Shown here in pieces: positions 39,498 to 52,243 of a DNA stretch of 64,000 nucleotides (position 1 is the stretch's first letter; each line of letters begins with the position of its first letter). Origin of the DNA: Isosphaeraceae bacterium (GTDB taxonomy: Bacteria > Planctomycetota > Planctomycetia > Isosphaerales > Isosphaeraceae); NCBI GenBank assembly GCA_965201075.1, contig CBDAVP010000004.1, forward strand, positions 1 to 64,000. Reading direction: 5' to 3'. Position numbers and translations under genes: made by a program. The notes beneath the pieces are model-generated. The model searched no databases. It saw only the letters and a list, made by a program, of their open reading frames with translations, and was not told the DNA's origin.

Positions 39498-39924
39498 ACC
39501 TTTGGAGGCAAAAGCCGGGGACTTGTGGGGAGCGGAGTTCGATCCGATCCCTCCCAGCACGCCACTGGTCTCCGTGCTTCAGGAGCAAGCGCGGATCCTC
39601 ACAAACCGCACTAACGGTCGCATCGTCGGGGAGGTTTCGATCGACGCGGGAATCGATATCGGGACGGTATGGACATCGCTTTTTGTTCGCGTGCCGGCCC
39701 TTTTGAACTATCGCCGGAAACTCCTCTCGCTCGCCTACCCAGTCGAAGTCGACCCACTCAACCCTTTCCCGGTCACGACGTTCGACTACAGTGAGTCCCT
39801 TAGTCGAGAACTCAGGGATATGGACGAGTATTGTGAGTGGCTAAGGGAGATTTTGTCTTCAAGCGAAATCCACGGCCTGATCGCTAACCTCCTTCACTAC
39901 AGTCAAGAGAAGGCCGCCTCCTGA
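39490..39924 (+). CDS. Hypothetical protein translationally coupled to the EEP gene
   Basis: ATG at 39490 overlaps the EEP 3' end; GGAGG RBS. Confidence 0.7.
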   Translation: MSEPLEAKAGDLWGAEFDPIPPSTPLVSVLQEQARILTNRTNGRIVGEVSIDAGIDIGTVWTSLFVRVPALLNYRRKLLSLAYPVEVDPLNPFPVTTFDYSESLSRELRDMDEYCEWLREILSSSEIHGLIANLLHYSQEKAAS

Positions 39925-39966
39925 CCCCGGCGACTCGAACCGCCTCCACCCGCAAGGCTCATCGCA

Positions 39967-41019
39967 ATGGCATTCCTCTCCAATCCCGCCGACCCCCTGG
40001 ACCGCTACAGCCGCCAGGTCCGTTTTCATGGCCTGGGCACCAAGGGTCAGGAACGCTTGATGGCCAGCCGCGTGACCATCTGCGGCTGCGGAGCGCTGGG
40101 AACTGTTCTGGCCAACCACCTGGTCCGCGCCGGGGTCGGTCATGTGCGGGTCGTGGATCGCGACTTCATCGAGACCCATAACCTTCAGCGTCAGATCCTG
40201 TTTGACGAGCAGGACGTCGCCCATAACCTGCCCAAGGCCGAGGCCGCGGCCCGGAAGCTACGCGCGATCAATAGCGCGGTGACCGTCGAGCCGGTTGTCA
40301 CCGACATCGACCATACCAACATCCTGGAACTCGTCTCGGACGCCGACCTGATCCTCGATGGCACCGACAACTTCGAGACTCGCTACCTCATCAACGACGC
40401 GGCGGTGAAGCTGGGCAAGCCGTGGATCTTTGGCGGGGTGATTGGCTCGGAGGGTCAGACGACCACGATCATCCCGGGCAAGACGCCTTGTATTCGCTGC
40501 CTGGTCGAGACGAGTCCGCCGCCGGGGATGGCCGAGACCTGCGAGACGGCCGGCGTGCTGGGTCCGGCGGTGGCGGTGATCGCGTCGTTCGAGGCGGTCG
40601 AGGCGATCAAGGTCCTCTCGGGGGCCCATGACGTGGCCAACTCCGAGTTGATCATGATCGACATCTGGGACTGGTCGTTCCGCCGGCTCAAGATCGCCGG
40701 GTTGCTGGGCAAGGTCGATTGCCCGTGTTGCCAGCGACGGCAATTCGAGTGGCTGGATGGTCAGAAGGGCTCTCACACGACGACCCTTTGCGGGCGCAAC
40801 GCCGTGCAGGTTTCCGCCCGACGGCCCGAGCCCCTGGACTTCTCCGCCCTGGCCGCGAACCTCGCCCCGTTGGGGGAGGTCCGCCACAACGCTTACATGC
40901 TCCGGTTCGCCGCCGATGGTCACGAGTTCACCGTCTTCCCCGACGGTCGCGCCATCATCAAGGGGACCAACGACGTCGCCAAGGCCCGGACGCTTTACGC
41001 TCAGTTCGTGGGGAGTTGA
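39967..41019 (+). CDS. ThiF/MoeB family adenylyltransferase
   Basis: RYSRQ, GCGALG, DRDFIETHNLQRQ, DGTDN, PCIRC, CPCC. Confidence 0.93.
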   Translation: MAFLSNPADPLDRYSRQVRFHGLGTKGQERLMASRVTICGCGALGTVLANHLVRAGVGHVRVVDRDFIETHNLQRQILFDEQDVAHNLPKAEAAARKLRAINSAVTVEPVVTDIDHTNILELVSDADLILDGTDNFETRYLINDAAVKLGKPWIFGGVIGSEGQTTTIIPGKTPCIRCLVETSPPPGMAETCETAGVLGPAVAVIASFEAVEAIKVLSGAHDVANSELIMIDIWDWSFRRLKIAGLLGKVDCPCCQRRQFEWLDGQKGSHTTTLCGRNAVQVSARRPEPLDFSALAANLAPLGEVRHNAYMLRFAADGHEFTVFPDGRAIIKGTNDVAKARTLYAQFVGS

Positions 41020-41028
41020 AGGCCAACG

Positions 41029-42186
41029 ATGATCTACCTCGACAATGCCGCCACCAGCTTCCCCAAGCCCGAGCCGGTCTATCAGGCCCTCGACACCTTC
41101 GCCCGCACCAAGCTGGCCAACCCCGGGCGGTCGGGCCACCACATGGCGATCGAGGCCGAGCGAACCCTCGACGACGCCCGTCACGCCCTAAACCAGTTCT
41201 TCAACGGCGAAAGCCCCTCTCGCTGGGCGTTCACGCTGAACTGCACCGACGGCCTGAACCTGGCGATCAAGGGGACGGTTCAGCCGGGCGACCACGTCAT
41301 CACCTCGGACCTGGAGCACAACTCGGTCAGCCGGCCCTTGGTGGCCCTGGAACGCGCCGGGACGATTTCCCTGACGCGGCTGACCTCTCATGACGGCTAC
41401 CTCGACCCCGACGAGGTGCGTGCGGCCTTGACGCCCAAAACCCGCCTTGTTGCCCTGACTCATGCGTCGAACGTGCTGGGAACGGTCCAGCCGATCGAGG
41501 CAATCGCCCCGATCGTTCGAGAGGCCGGAGCGTTGTTCCTGGTCGACGCGGCGCAGTCGGCGGGGGTCGTGCCGATCGACCTGAAGGCCACGCCGATCGA
41601 CTTCCTGGCCTTCCCGGGTCACAAGGCGTTGTACGGACCTACCGGCACGGGTGCTCTGTATGTCGGCCCTCGCGCCAAGCCCCGGGCCTGGCGAGAAGGA
41701 GGCACCGGGGGCGACTCCAAGAGTCCTTTGCAGCCGGATTTGCTGCCGTTCCTGCTCGAAGGGGGGACGCCCAATGTCCTGGGAGTCGCCGGGCTGCTGG
41801 CCGGGACGAACTGGGTCGCCGGCCGGGGCGTCGACGCCAATCGCTTGCATGAGGTGGCGCTGTTGCAGACGGTTGTCGACTGGGTGGAGGGCTCGGGCGA
41901 CGGCTGGAAGATCGCCGGGCGTTGGGAACCGGCCACGCACGTCGGGGCCCTGTCGCTGATCCCGCCCGACCCCGACGTCTTCCCGACGCTCGACCTCGCC
42001 GCGGCGCTGGACACCTCATTCGGCATCGCCGTTCGGCCTGGACTGCATTGCTCGCCGTACATTCACGCGGCGATGGGCACTTCGCCCGACGGGACTTTGC
42101 GGCTGAGCCCCGGCCCGTTCAACACCGCCGAGGATGTCTCGGCCTTCCTGTCGGCCCTGACCGAAATCACCGCCGGAGTGCTTTGA
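41029..42186 (+). CDS. Cysteine desulfurase-like class V aminotransferase
   Basis: YLDNAATSFPKP, LEHNSV, HASNVLG, DAAQSAG, GHKALYGP, RPGLHCSP. Confidence 0.9.
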   Translation: MIYLDNAATSFPKPEPVYQALDTFARTKLANPGRSGHHMAIEAERTLDDARHALNQFFNGESPSRWAFTLNCTDGLNLAIKGTVQPGDHVITSDLEHNSVSRPLVALERAGTISLTRLTSHDGYLDPDEVRAALTPKTRLVALTHASNVLGTVQPIEAIAPIVREAGALFLVDAAQSAGVVPIDLKATPIDFLAFPGHKALYGPTGTGALYVGPRAKPRAWREGGTGGDSKSPLQPDLLPFLLEGGTPNVLGVAGLLAGTNWVAGRGVDANRLHEVALLQTVVDWVEGSGDGWKIAGRWEPATHVGALSLIPPDPDVFPTLDLAAALDTSFGIAVRPGLHCSPYIHAAMGTSPDGTLRLSPGPFNTAEDVSAFLSALTEITAGVL

Positions 42187-42308
42187 AGATCAGTGGTTCA
42201 GGAGAGTGCCTTGCGGTCGTCCCACGTTGCCGTGATGGGAAGGGTTCGCAAGAATCGAATCGCTTCTTGGGCAAGATCTTCGCCAAACGGCATAGGGCTG
42301 AGAATTTC

Positions 42309-42728
42309 TCAGGGCGTGTCAATATCCGGGTCAAGATCATCGTGGTCGGGCCAATCATACCGGATCAGACAATACTCTTCACCGAAGTAATGCTTCGGGT
42401 CTTCCAGGACCGCACTCGAATTTTCGCAGGCCTCAACTTGTTGGCAAAGATGTTCGCAAAGTAGTTTGTAGATTTTCCGACGCGTTGCGAGGTCGTCGGA
42501 AAGACGCACCACGATCGCCTCGATCCGGAACGGTCCGCCGTCCGCCGCTTGTCCACCATCAAGCCAACAGCCCTCGGCACCAGCCTCGAAATAGGATCGA
42601 GTTTGAAAGGGATAGACCCCCTCTCCGGCCTCGGGATGGTCGGCACTCCATGCCTTTGCCTCCGGCGCGCCGTCGGCGAGGATTCTGCGGCAAATATCAT
42701 CGACCGAAGGCGTGCGAGTGTATCCCAA
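42309..42728 (-). CDS. Hypothetical protein (lower GC)
   Basis: ORF with protein-like composition, downstream of the aldo/keto reductase. Confidence 0.5.
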   Translation of the reverse strand: MGYTRTPSVDDICRRILADGAPEAKAWSADHPEAGEGVYPFQTRSYFEAGAEGCWLDGGQAADGGPFRIEAIVVRLSDDLATRRKIYKLLCEHLCQQVEACENSSAVLEDPKHYFGEEYCLIRYDWPDHDDLDPDIDTP

Positions 42729-42818
42729 TCTTCGACCCTTACGTTCGAAAGTCAGTCACCGACCCGGGGCTCCGAAGCGAGATCACCCCGCTTCGTCCCG
42801 GATCGCCTGGGGATTCAT

Positions 42819-43829
42819 TCAATTCATGGCCGTCTCAAACCCATGCTGCTTGCGGTGGACGGGGCCGTCGAAAAACTTGGTGGTCTTGAACAGCTCAAAT
42901 CGCCCGTCTCCGGCCACCTTGAGATACTTTTCCTCTAGCGCCTTCATCTCCTCGGTCGTCATCGGCTGGAACTCGCGGGCGATCTTGAGGTTCTGCTCCA
43001 GCACCTTCTCCGACTCCATGCCGGAGACCAGCGTGGCGATCGGCAGGGAGAAGACGTAACGCAGAGCCTGTTCGACGGGAATGCCCGCGTCCTTGACAAT
43101 TTGACCTTCGCCTCCCAGCGACTTCATCGCGATCGGCGCGATTCCCCGGCGAACCAACTCGGGCAGGACGCGATGCTGGAAGCTGCGAAACCGGCCATCC
43201 AGGACGTTCAGGGGCATCTGGACGCTTGCCCAGTCGTAAGGCATCTTGAGCATGTCGAGGTGAATCGCCGGGTCCTTGTGGCCGGTGAACCCCAGGTAGC
43301 GGATCTTGCCCGCCTTGAGCGCTTCGAGACCCGCGTGAATGGCCCCCTCGGCGTCGAAGACCATCTCGGGGTCGTTGTCGTAGCAGATCTCGTGGAACTG
43401 CCAGAGGTCGATGCGGTCGGTCTTCAGGCGACGGAGGCTGTCTTCCAGGTTGGATTTCGCTTCCTTGGCGGTCCGTCCGCAGACCTTGGTCATGAGGAAG
43501 ACCTTGTTTCGACGTCCGCCCTGGGCCAGGGCCTTGCCCATCCGCTCCTCGGCTCGGCCGTCGAGATAGTCCCAGGCGTTGTCCATGAAGGTGATGCCTT
43601 CGTCGACCGCCCGGCGGATCAGGCGGAGGCTTTCGGCCTCGTCGTCGGCTCGGGAGGCGTGGTGGCCTCCCAGGCCCAGCATCGTCACCATCTCTCCGGT
43701 CTTGCCGAGCGGGCGCAGCGGGATGCCCCCCGAGTTTGGCGCGACGGCCCCGGTGGCCAGTCCCGCGGCGGCCAGTCCCGCGGCGCCGGCCTGGAGGAAT
43801 TCTCGGCGGTTGGGGTCGTTCGCACTCAT
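42819..43829 (-). CDS. Aldo/keto reductase with Tat signal peptide
   Basis: NRREFLQ Tat motif; MDNAWDY, FLMTK, SLRRLKTDRIDLWQFH, GFTGH. Confidence 0.9.
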   Translation of the reverse strand: MSANDPNRREFLQAGAAGLAAAGLATGAVAPNSGGIPLRPLGKTGEMVTMLGLGGHHASRADDEAESLRLIRRAVDEGITFMDNAWDYLDGRAEERMGKALAQGGRRNKVFLMTKVCGRTAKEAKSNLEDSLRRLKTDRIDLWQFHEICYDNDPEMVFDAEGAIHAGLEALKAGKIRYLGFTGHKDPAIHLDMLKMPYDWASVQMPLNVLDGRFRSFQHRVLPELVRRGIAPIAMKSLGGEGQIVKDAGIPVEQALRYVFSLPIATLVSGMESEKVLEQNLKIAREFQPMTTEEMKALEEKYLKVAGDGRFELFKTTKFFDGPVHRKQHGFETAMN

Positions 43830-44053
43830 TGGGGGATTCTCCGAAATAGGGGGGCGAGCGGACGATTTTGGCGGAGGTCCGTGGACCTCGCAAGTCCCGT
43901 TGTATGCGGCAACTGGCGCGCCGGTATGGAAAGAGGGCAATTCTCGGCGGGATCGGCTAATCTGTGGGAGAGCAACCCGGGCCAATCCGCGGGCCTGGTC
44001 GTCCAGCGCTCGCGCCCCGGCAATGATTTCGACCCGTCGATAGGACCCCGGCC

Positions 44054-44794
44054 ATGGCCAACGAGACCCTGCAACCCAAGGCGACCGACCTTCTGTCCGT
44101 CAAAAGCCGAGTGAGCTGGGGGGCGATCGCCGCCGGCGCCATGATCGCGCTGGCGATTTACTTCCTCCTGACACTGCTGGGCACGGCCCTGAGCCTGGAA
44201 GTGGCCGTGAGGCGCGGCACCCTCAACCTCCAGACCGGCGCGGCCATCTATTCGGTCGTGTCCCTCCTGCTGGCGATGTTCTTCGGAGGCTGGGCCACCA
44301 GCCGCCTGGCCGTCGGCGAGAGCAAGTTGGAAGCCGTCCTCTACGGGATCATCCTGTGGGGCGTGCTGTTCTCGGGCCTGATCTGGCTGGTCAGCGCCGG
44401 GGTCAGCCGGGGCTTCGGCGCCATCGCCGGCATGGCCTATGGGGCCTATGGGAACTCCGAGGGGGAACTGGACGTCGACCGCATCACCGACGACCTGAAG
44501 CGTTCGGGCGTGGACCAGGCCCAGGTCGACAAGGTCCGCGACTCCTTGAGGCGCGTCACCAACGACCCGACCAGCGCCCGCGATGTCGCTGGCAACATCG
44601 CCAACGACCCCACCATGCAGCGTTCGGCCGAGGACCTGGTGAGGAACACCCGGATCGCGACCTGGTGGACCCTCGGCGGCGTCATCCTGTCAATGCTGAC
44701 GGTGGTCATCGGCTCGTTGACCGGTTCGGGCGAACTCCTCCAGCCGGTGCCAATCCTCGGCGTCCGACGACCAGTCGCCGACCCTCGCCGATAA
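44054..44794 (+). CDS. Hypothetical integral membrane protein
   Basis: RVSWGAIAAG and about 4 TM helices. Confidence 0.75.
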   Translation: MANETLQPKATDLLSVKSRVSWGAIAAGAMIALAIYFLLTLLGTALSLEVAVRRGTLNLQTGAAIYSVVSLLLAMFFGGWATSRLAVGESKLEAVLYGIILWGVLFSGLIWLVSAGVSRGFGAIAGMAYGAYGNSEGELDVDRITDDLKRSGVDQAQVDKVRDSLRRVTNDPTSARDVAGNIANDPTMQRSAEDLVRNTRIATWWTLGGVILSMLTVVIGSLTGSGELLQPVPILGVRRPVADPRR

Positions 44795-44936
44795 GGCCCG
44801 ACACTCGACCAACCCGAGCCATCTCGGCTTGACTCCACCGCAACCCTCGCGCCGGCTTCGGCACGAGGGTTGCTTTCGTTTTCCACGACCCTTCCTCCGA
44901 AATCCCCCCATCCGCATCTCTTCGCGGGAGACTCCC

Positions 44937-46784
44937 TTGGCCGTCAAGCAACGCCAGTTCAGCTGGGACCACCCGGTCATCATCTTCCTGGTGATGATGG
45001 CCATCGTCACGGCGATGTCCCAGGCGGCCGAGGTACTCAAGCCGTTGGCCCTGGCGGTCCTGCTGTGCTTCGTGCTGTCGCCGGTCGTGGCGTTCCTGGA
45101 GCATCGACGAATCCCCAGGGCCCCGGCCGTCATCCTCACCGTGCTCCTGGCCCTGGGAGGTATCGGAGGGGTGGGGTATGTCGTTTACAGTCAGCTCGAC
45201 CAGATGGCGGACGACCTCCCCAAATATGAGGAGAAGGTCGCGCAGAAGCTCAACAGGTTCAACGCGGGGGGCTCGTCGAAGCTCACCAACCTGGAAAATG
45301 TGGGACGCGACCTCAAGGCGAAGCTTGGCAAGGGGCCTCAACAGGGCGATTCCGACCAGCCCAACGACGACGCCGAGATTCCCAAGGTCCAGGTCGTCAC
45401 CAAGCCAACGATCGGCCAGCAGGTTGGCGAGACCGTGGGCCCATTCCTGGAAGTCGTGGGTTCCGGAGCGTTCATTCTGATTTTGGTGTTGTTCATGCTG
45501 ATGAACCGCGAGGATCTTTCCGACCGGATCATCCAATTGTTCGGCCGTCGGAGGGTCACCCTGACGACCCGGACGATGGACGAGGTTGGCCAGCGGATCA
45601 GCCGATATCTGGGGATCTTCGCCACGGTGAATTCGGCGTTCGGGCTGATCGTGGGGATCGGTCTTTGGGCCATCGGCGTGCAATACGCAGCGCTCTGGGG
45701 GTTCCTGGCCGCTGCGTTGCGATTCATCCCCTATATCGGTCCCGGCACGGCGTTCGCGCTGCCTTTGGCGTTCTCCTTCGCCACGGCCGACGACCTGTCT
45801 CAGCCCTTGAAGGTCGCCGCGCTGTTCGGGGTGATGGAGATCGCCGCCAATAGCTTCCTGGAGCCGATCATCTACGGCAAGACGACCGGAATCTCGGCGC
45901 TGGGGCTGCTGGTGGCCGCGATGTTCTGGACCTGGTTATGGGGGCCTCTGGGCTTATTGCTGTCAACTCCGTTGACCGTCTCGCTGGCGGTGGTGGGCAA
46001 ATACGTTCCGGCTCTGGGGTTCTTCTCGATCCTGCTGGGCGAGGAGGCCGAACTGCCGCAAGACGTCCGCTATTACCAGAGACTCCTGGCTCTCGACCAG
46101 GACGGGGCGTCGGAAATTGTCGAGGAGTCGCTGAAAACGCACCCTCGGGCCGAGGTTTACAATGAAATCCTCATCCCGGCGCTCTCGAAGGCCGAGCGGG
46201 ATTTCGCCCGGGAGGAACTGGACGACCGCGAGCACGCCTTCGCCTGGCGGGTCAGCAGCGACATCGTCACCGAACTGGACGGCACCCCCGACGTGACGCT
46301 GACGACGGCCCCACTCTCGCCGCCGGCCACTCGCGGCCAGGAAACGCTCCAGCCTTACAAGATCGTGGGCATCCCCGCCAACGACGCCTCCGACGCCCTG
46401 GTTTTGCGGATGCTCGCCCAGCTTCTGGCACCGACCGGAACGACCGTTGAGGTTCTCTCGGAGCAGGTCGGGCCGATGGCGTTGCTCGACTCGATCGCCA
46501 GCGCCGAGCCCGACCTGATCGTCCTGTCCCACCTGCCGCCGGTGGGGTTGACCCCCGCTCGCTACCTGGCCCGTCGGATCCGTGCCCGATTCCCCGAGAC
46601 CCCCATCCTGATCGGCCGTTGGGGCGACCCCGGCGACCCGAAGGCCCTGGCCGCTCGGCTGTCTGAATCCGGCTCCAACGAGGTCGTCTTTGGCCTGCCC
46701 GAGGCTCGCGACAAGATCCTCACTCTCATCAAACCGAAGACCGCGACCGCCGTTCGCCACACCCAGGCGGCCGCCCTTCCCTGA
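44937..46784 (+). CDS. AI-2E family transporter with C-terminal B12-binding/receiver-like domain
   Basis: PLALAVLL, LRFIPYIG, LEPIIYG, WLWGPLGLLLSTPLT. Confidence 0.88.
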   Translation: MAVKQRQFSWDHPVIIFLVMMAIVTAMSQAAEVLKPLALAVLLCFVLSPVVAFLEHRRIPRAPAVILTVLLALGGIGGVGYVVYSQLDQMADDLPKYEEKVAQKLNRFNAGGSSKLTNLENVGRDLKAKLGKGPQQGDSDQPNDDAEIPKVQVVTKPTIGQQVGETVGPFLEVVGSGAFILILVLFMLMNREDLSDRIIQLFGRRRVTLTTRTMDEVGQRISRYLGIFATVNSAFGLIVGIGLWAIGVQYAALWGFLAAALRFIPYIGPGTAFALPLAFSFATADDLSQPLKVAALFGVMEIAANSFLEPIIYGKTTGISALGLLVAAMFWTWLWGPLGLLLSTPLTVSLAVVGKYVPALGFFSILLGEEAELPQDVRYYQRLLALDQDGASEIVEESLKTHPRAEVYNEILIPALSKAERDFAREELDDREHAFAWRVSSDIVTELDGTPDVTLTTAPLSPPATRGQETLQPYKIVGIPANDASDALVLRMLAQLLAPTGTTVEVLSEQVGPMALLDSIASAEPDLIVLSHLPPVGLTPARYLARRIRARFPETPILIGRWGDPGDPKALAARLSESGSNEVVFGLPEARDKILTLIKPKTATAVRHTQAAALP

Positions 46785-46944
46785 CCTCGACCGGCCCAAC
46801 AGATGACCTCGGTCGCCCCGCCCCCGCGGGGCGTCTTTGTTTCGGCTTCCGCCGTCGAGCTTTGCCCTCACCCCGTTTCCCCATTAGAATCAGGCCATTC
46901 TCTCCCCGAGGCGACCGACCTCGCAAGGCAAGGCAGACCGATCG

Positions 46945-48432
46945 ATGGCCGACGATACCTCTGAATCCTCACTGGAAGCGGTTCGCCAGGAAAAGCTCCA
47001 GCGAATCGCCGCCCTGGGTCTCGACCCCTGGGGCTCCCGGTTCGACGACCACCGACCGATCGCCGAGGTCCGCGAACTTACCCTACCGGCCGACCCCGCC
47101 GAGAAAGGACCGCGCGTTCGGGTCGCCGGGCGAATCGTGCTGAGGCGTGGTCAGGGGAAAGTCCACTTCCTTCAACTGCGCGACTGGACCGGCCAGGTTC
47201 AGATCTTCATCGGCAAGACTCAGGTCGGCGAGGCCGGCTGGAACCTGGCCGGGGAACTTGACCTGGGCGACCTGCTGGGGGTCGACGGCCACCTGGGACT
47301 GACCAGGACCGGCGAGATCACCGTCTTCGCCGACTCCCTGACGTTCCTGGGCAAGTCGTTGCTGCCGCCTCCGGAGAAGTGGCATGGGCTGACCGACGTT
47401 GAGCAACGCTCCCGGCAGCGCCACGTTGACCTCTTCAGCAACCCCGAGTCGATGCAGGCGTTCCTGGGCCGGACCAAGATCGTCTCAGCCTTTCGCAAGG
47501 TGCTAGCCTCCCGGGGGTTCGTCGAGGTCGAGGGCCCCACGATGCAGTCGGTCGCCGGGGGCGCCGCGGCCCGCCCGTTCGTCACCCACCACAACGCCTT
47601 GGGCCTGGACCTGTACCTGCGGATCGCCCTGGAACTGCACCTGAAGCGTCTCCTGGTCGGCGGCGTTGAGCGTGTCTTCGAGATCGGCCGCGTCTTTCGC
47701 AACGAGGGGATCAGCCGCAAGCACAACCCCGAGTTCACCATGCTGGAAGCCTACCAGGCGTACAGCGACTACCGGGGGATGATGGATCTGACCGAGGCGC
47801 TCATCTGTGGCGCGATCGCCGCGATCGACGGCCAGCAACGCCGCTCCTGGGGCGAGCAGACGGTCGACTTCACCCCCCCCTGGCCCCGACAGACTTATGC
47901 CGAGGCGTTCGCCGAACACGTCGGGATCGTACCCACCGACGAGGCGGCGGTACGCCAACGCGCCGAGGCCCTGGGCCTGGACCCCGCCGGCAAGGACCGA
48001 GACCTCGTCGTCAGCGACCTGTTCGAGCATCTGGTCGAGCCCCGCCTGGCCGGCCCGGTCTTCATCACCGACTATCCCGCGGCGATCTGTCCGTTGACCA
48101 AGCGCAAGGCGTCGGACCCCACCCTGGCCGAACGGTTCGAGCTGTTCGTTCACGGCATGGAACTGGCCAACGCCTACACCGAGTTGAACGACCCCTTGCT
48201 CCAGGAATCCCTCTTCCAGACGCAACTGGCCGGGCAAAAGGCCGAGGATTCGATGGCGACGATGGACGACGACTTCATCCGCGCTTTGAAGCACGCGATG
48301 CCCCCCGCCGGAGGGTTGGGCATCGGCATGGATCGTCTTTGCATGCTCCTGCTGAACAAGGCGTCGATCCGCGACGTCATCCTCTTCCCCCTGCTACGGC
48401 CCGATTCGCAGGGGTCGGCGGCTCCCGGCTGA
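46945..48432 (+). CDS. lysS: Lysine--tRNA ligase (class II)
   Basis: GGAAARPFVTHHN, FRNEG..HNPEFT, ERFELF, GLGIGMDRL. Confidence 0.97.
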   Translation: MADDTSESSLEAVRQEKLQRIAALGLDPWGSRFDDHRPIAEVRELTLPADPAEKGPRVRVAGRIVLRRGQGKVHFLQLRDWTGQVQIFIGKTQVGEAGWNLAGELDLGDLLGVDGHLGLTRTGEITVFADSLTFLGKSLLPPPEKWHGLTDVEQRSRQRHVDLFSNPESMQAFLGRTKIVSAFRKVLASRGFVEVEGPTMQSVAGGAAARPFVTHHNALGLDLYLRIALELHLKRLLVGGVERVFEIGRVFRNEGISRKHNPEFTMLEAYQAYSDYRGMMDLTEALICGAIAAIDGQQRRSWGEQTVDFTPPWPRQTYAEAFAEHVGIVPTDEAAVRQRAEALGLDPAGKDRDLVVSDLFEHLVEPRLAGPVFITDYPAAICPLTKRKASDPTLAERFELFVHGMELANAYTELNDPLLQESLFQTQLAGQKAEDSMATMDDDFIRALKHAMPPAGGLGIGMDRLCMLLLNKASIRDVILFPLLRPDSQGSAAPG

Positions 48433-48562
48433 GGGTACGTTCCGGGCGGGTCTCGCCAGGGAAACTCGCGAAAATGGTTCTCGAAACTCCCCGGGATGTC
48501 GTACGTTCCCCGCCGTGAGGGGTGCGAACGAATCGACCTCCGTCCCCGGGCCGAGATTCGCC

Positions 48563-49669
48563 ATGAACGCCGAAGGCCAGTCGGTGTGCCTGTCCATGAT
48601 CGTCAAGGACGAGGCCCACGTCATCGAACGCTGCCTCAAGTCGGTTCGCCCGCTGATCGACTCCTGGGCCATCGCCGATACCGGGTCCACCGACGGCACC
48701 CAGCAGATCGTCCGCGCACTGCTGGCCGACCTCCCCGGGACGTTGATCGAGCGCCCCTGGGTCAACTTCGCCCACAACCGAAACGAGGCCCTGGAGGCCG
48801 CGCGAGACCTGGGCGACTACACCTTCACGATCGACGCCGACGAGACCCTTCGCCTCGACGAAGGATTCCGTCGACCGCCGCTGACCGCCGACGCCTATAA
48901 CCTCACGGTCCATTACAACCAGACCAAGTACCACCGCAAGCAACTGCTGCGAAGCGCCCTGCCCTGGCGATATCAAGGGGTCCTTCACGAGCACATCGCC
49001 TGCCCAGTCCCGCACACCGAGGCCTTCCTCCCCGGGCTTCGCACCGAGGTCACTCACGACGGGGCCCGCGCCCGCGACCCCCTGACGTATCGGCGCGATG
49101 CGTTACTCCTGGAAAAGGCCCTGCTCGACGAACCAGACCATCCCAGGTACACCTTTTACCTCGCCCAGAGCTACCGCGACGCCAACCTCCCCGACCTCGC
49201 GCTGCGGGCCTACCGCCAACGCCTGACGATGGGCGGCTGGGCCGACGAGGTCTGGTACTCCCTTTACCAGATCGCCCTGATGGAAGAACGCCTGGGCAAG
49301 CCCTGGCCCGAGGTCCTCGCCGCGCACCTGGCCGCGTTTGAACACTCCCCCGACCGCGCCGAGCCGTTGTACCTGATCGCCATGCACTACCAGGCCGCCC
49401 GGGAATTCCACACAGCGCAAATCTTCTTCCGCCGCGCCCTGGCGATCCCCGCGCCTGAGCCAACGCGCCTGTTCGTCTGGCGAACCCTTCACGACTACGC
49501 GATCGAGCTGGAATACGCCGTCTCGCTCTACTACACGGGGGGCCACCCCGAGGCGATCGCCCTTTCGCAACGCCTCCTCGACCGAGGGATGCTCCCCCCG
49601 AACCTCGCCCGCCAGGTCGCCATCAACCGGCAATTGAGTCTCGACGCCCTGACCACGGCCGCGGCTTGA
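48563..49669 (+). CDS. Glycosyltransferase family 2 with TPR repeats
   Basis: CLSMIVKDE, DTGSTDGT, FAHNRN, IDADE, GVLHE, FYLAQSY. Confidence 0.9.
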   Translation: MNAEGQSVCLSMIVKDEAHVIERCLKSVRPLIDSWAIADTGSTDGTQQIVRALLADLPGTLIERPWVNFAHNRNEALEAARDLGDYTFTIDADETLRLDEGFRRPPLTADAYNLTVHYNQTKYHRKQLLRSALPWRYQGVLHEHIACPVPHTEAFLPGLRTEVTHDGARARDPLTYRRDALLLEKALLDEPDHPRYTFYLAQSYRDANLPDLALRAYRQRLTMGGWADEVWYSLYQIALMEERLGKPWPEVLAAHLAAFEHSPDRAEPLYLIAMHYQAAREFHTAQIFFRRALAIPAPEPTRLFVWRTLHDYAIELEYAVSLYYTGGHPEAIALSQRLLDRGMLPPNLARQVAINRQLSLDALTTAAA

Positions 49670-52081
<2,412 letters not shown>

Positions 52082-52243
52082 CCCTAAGCCCCGTCGCCGA
52101 CCAGTCGCGCGACGGGGCCCACGTTCTTTCTGTCCAGCGTCTCGGGGCCTCGCGGCGTCGCGGGCTCCGAGATTGCAACGCCCCCCGCGACCTCCCGTCC
52201 GTCGCCGAGACGCCGGGGAAGGAAGTCGCCGGGGCGTTTGCCT

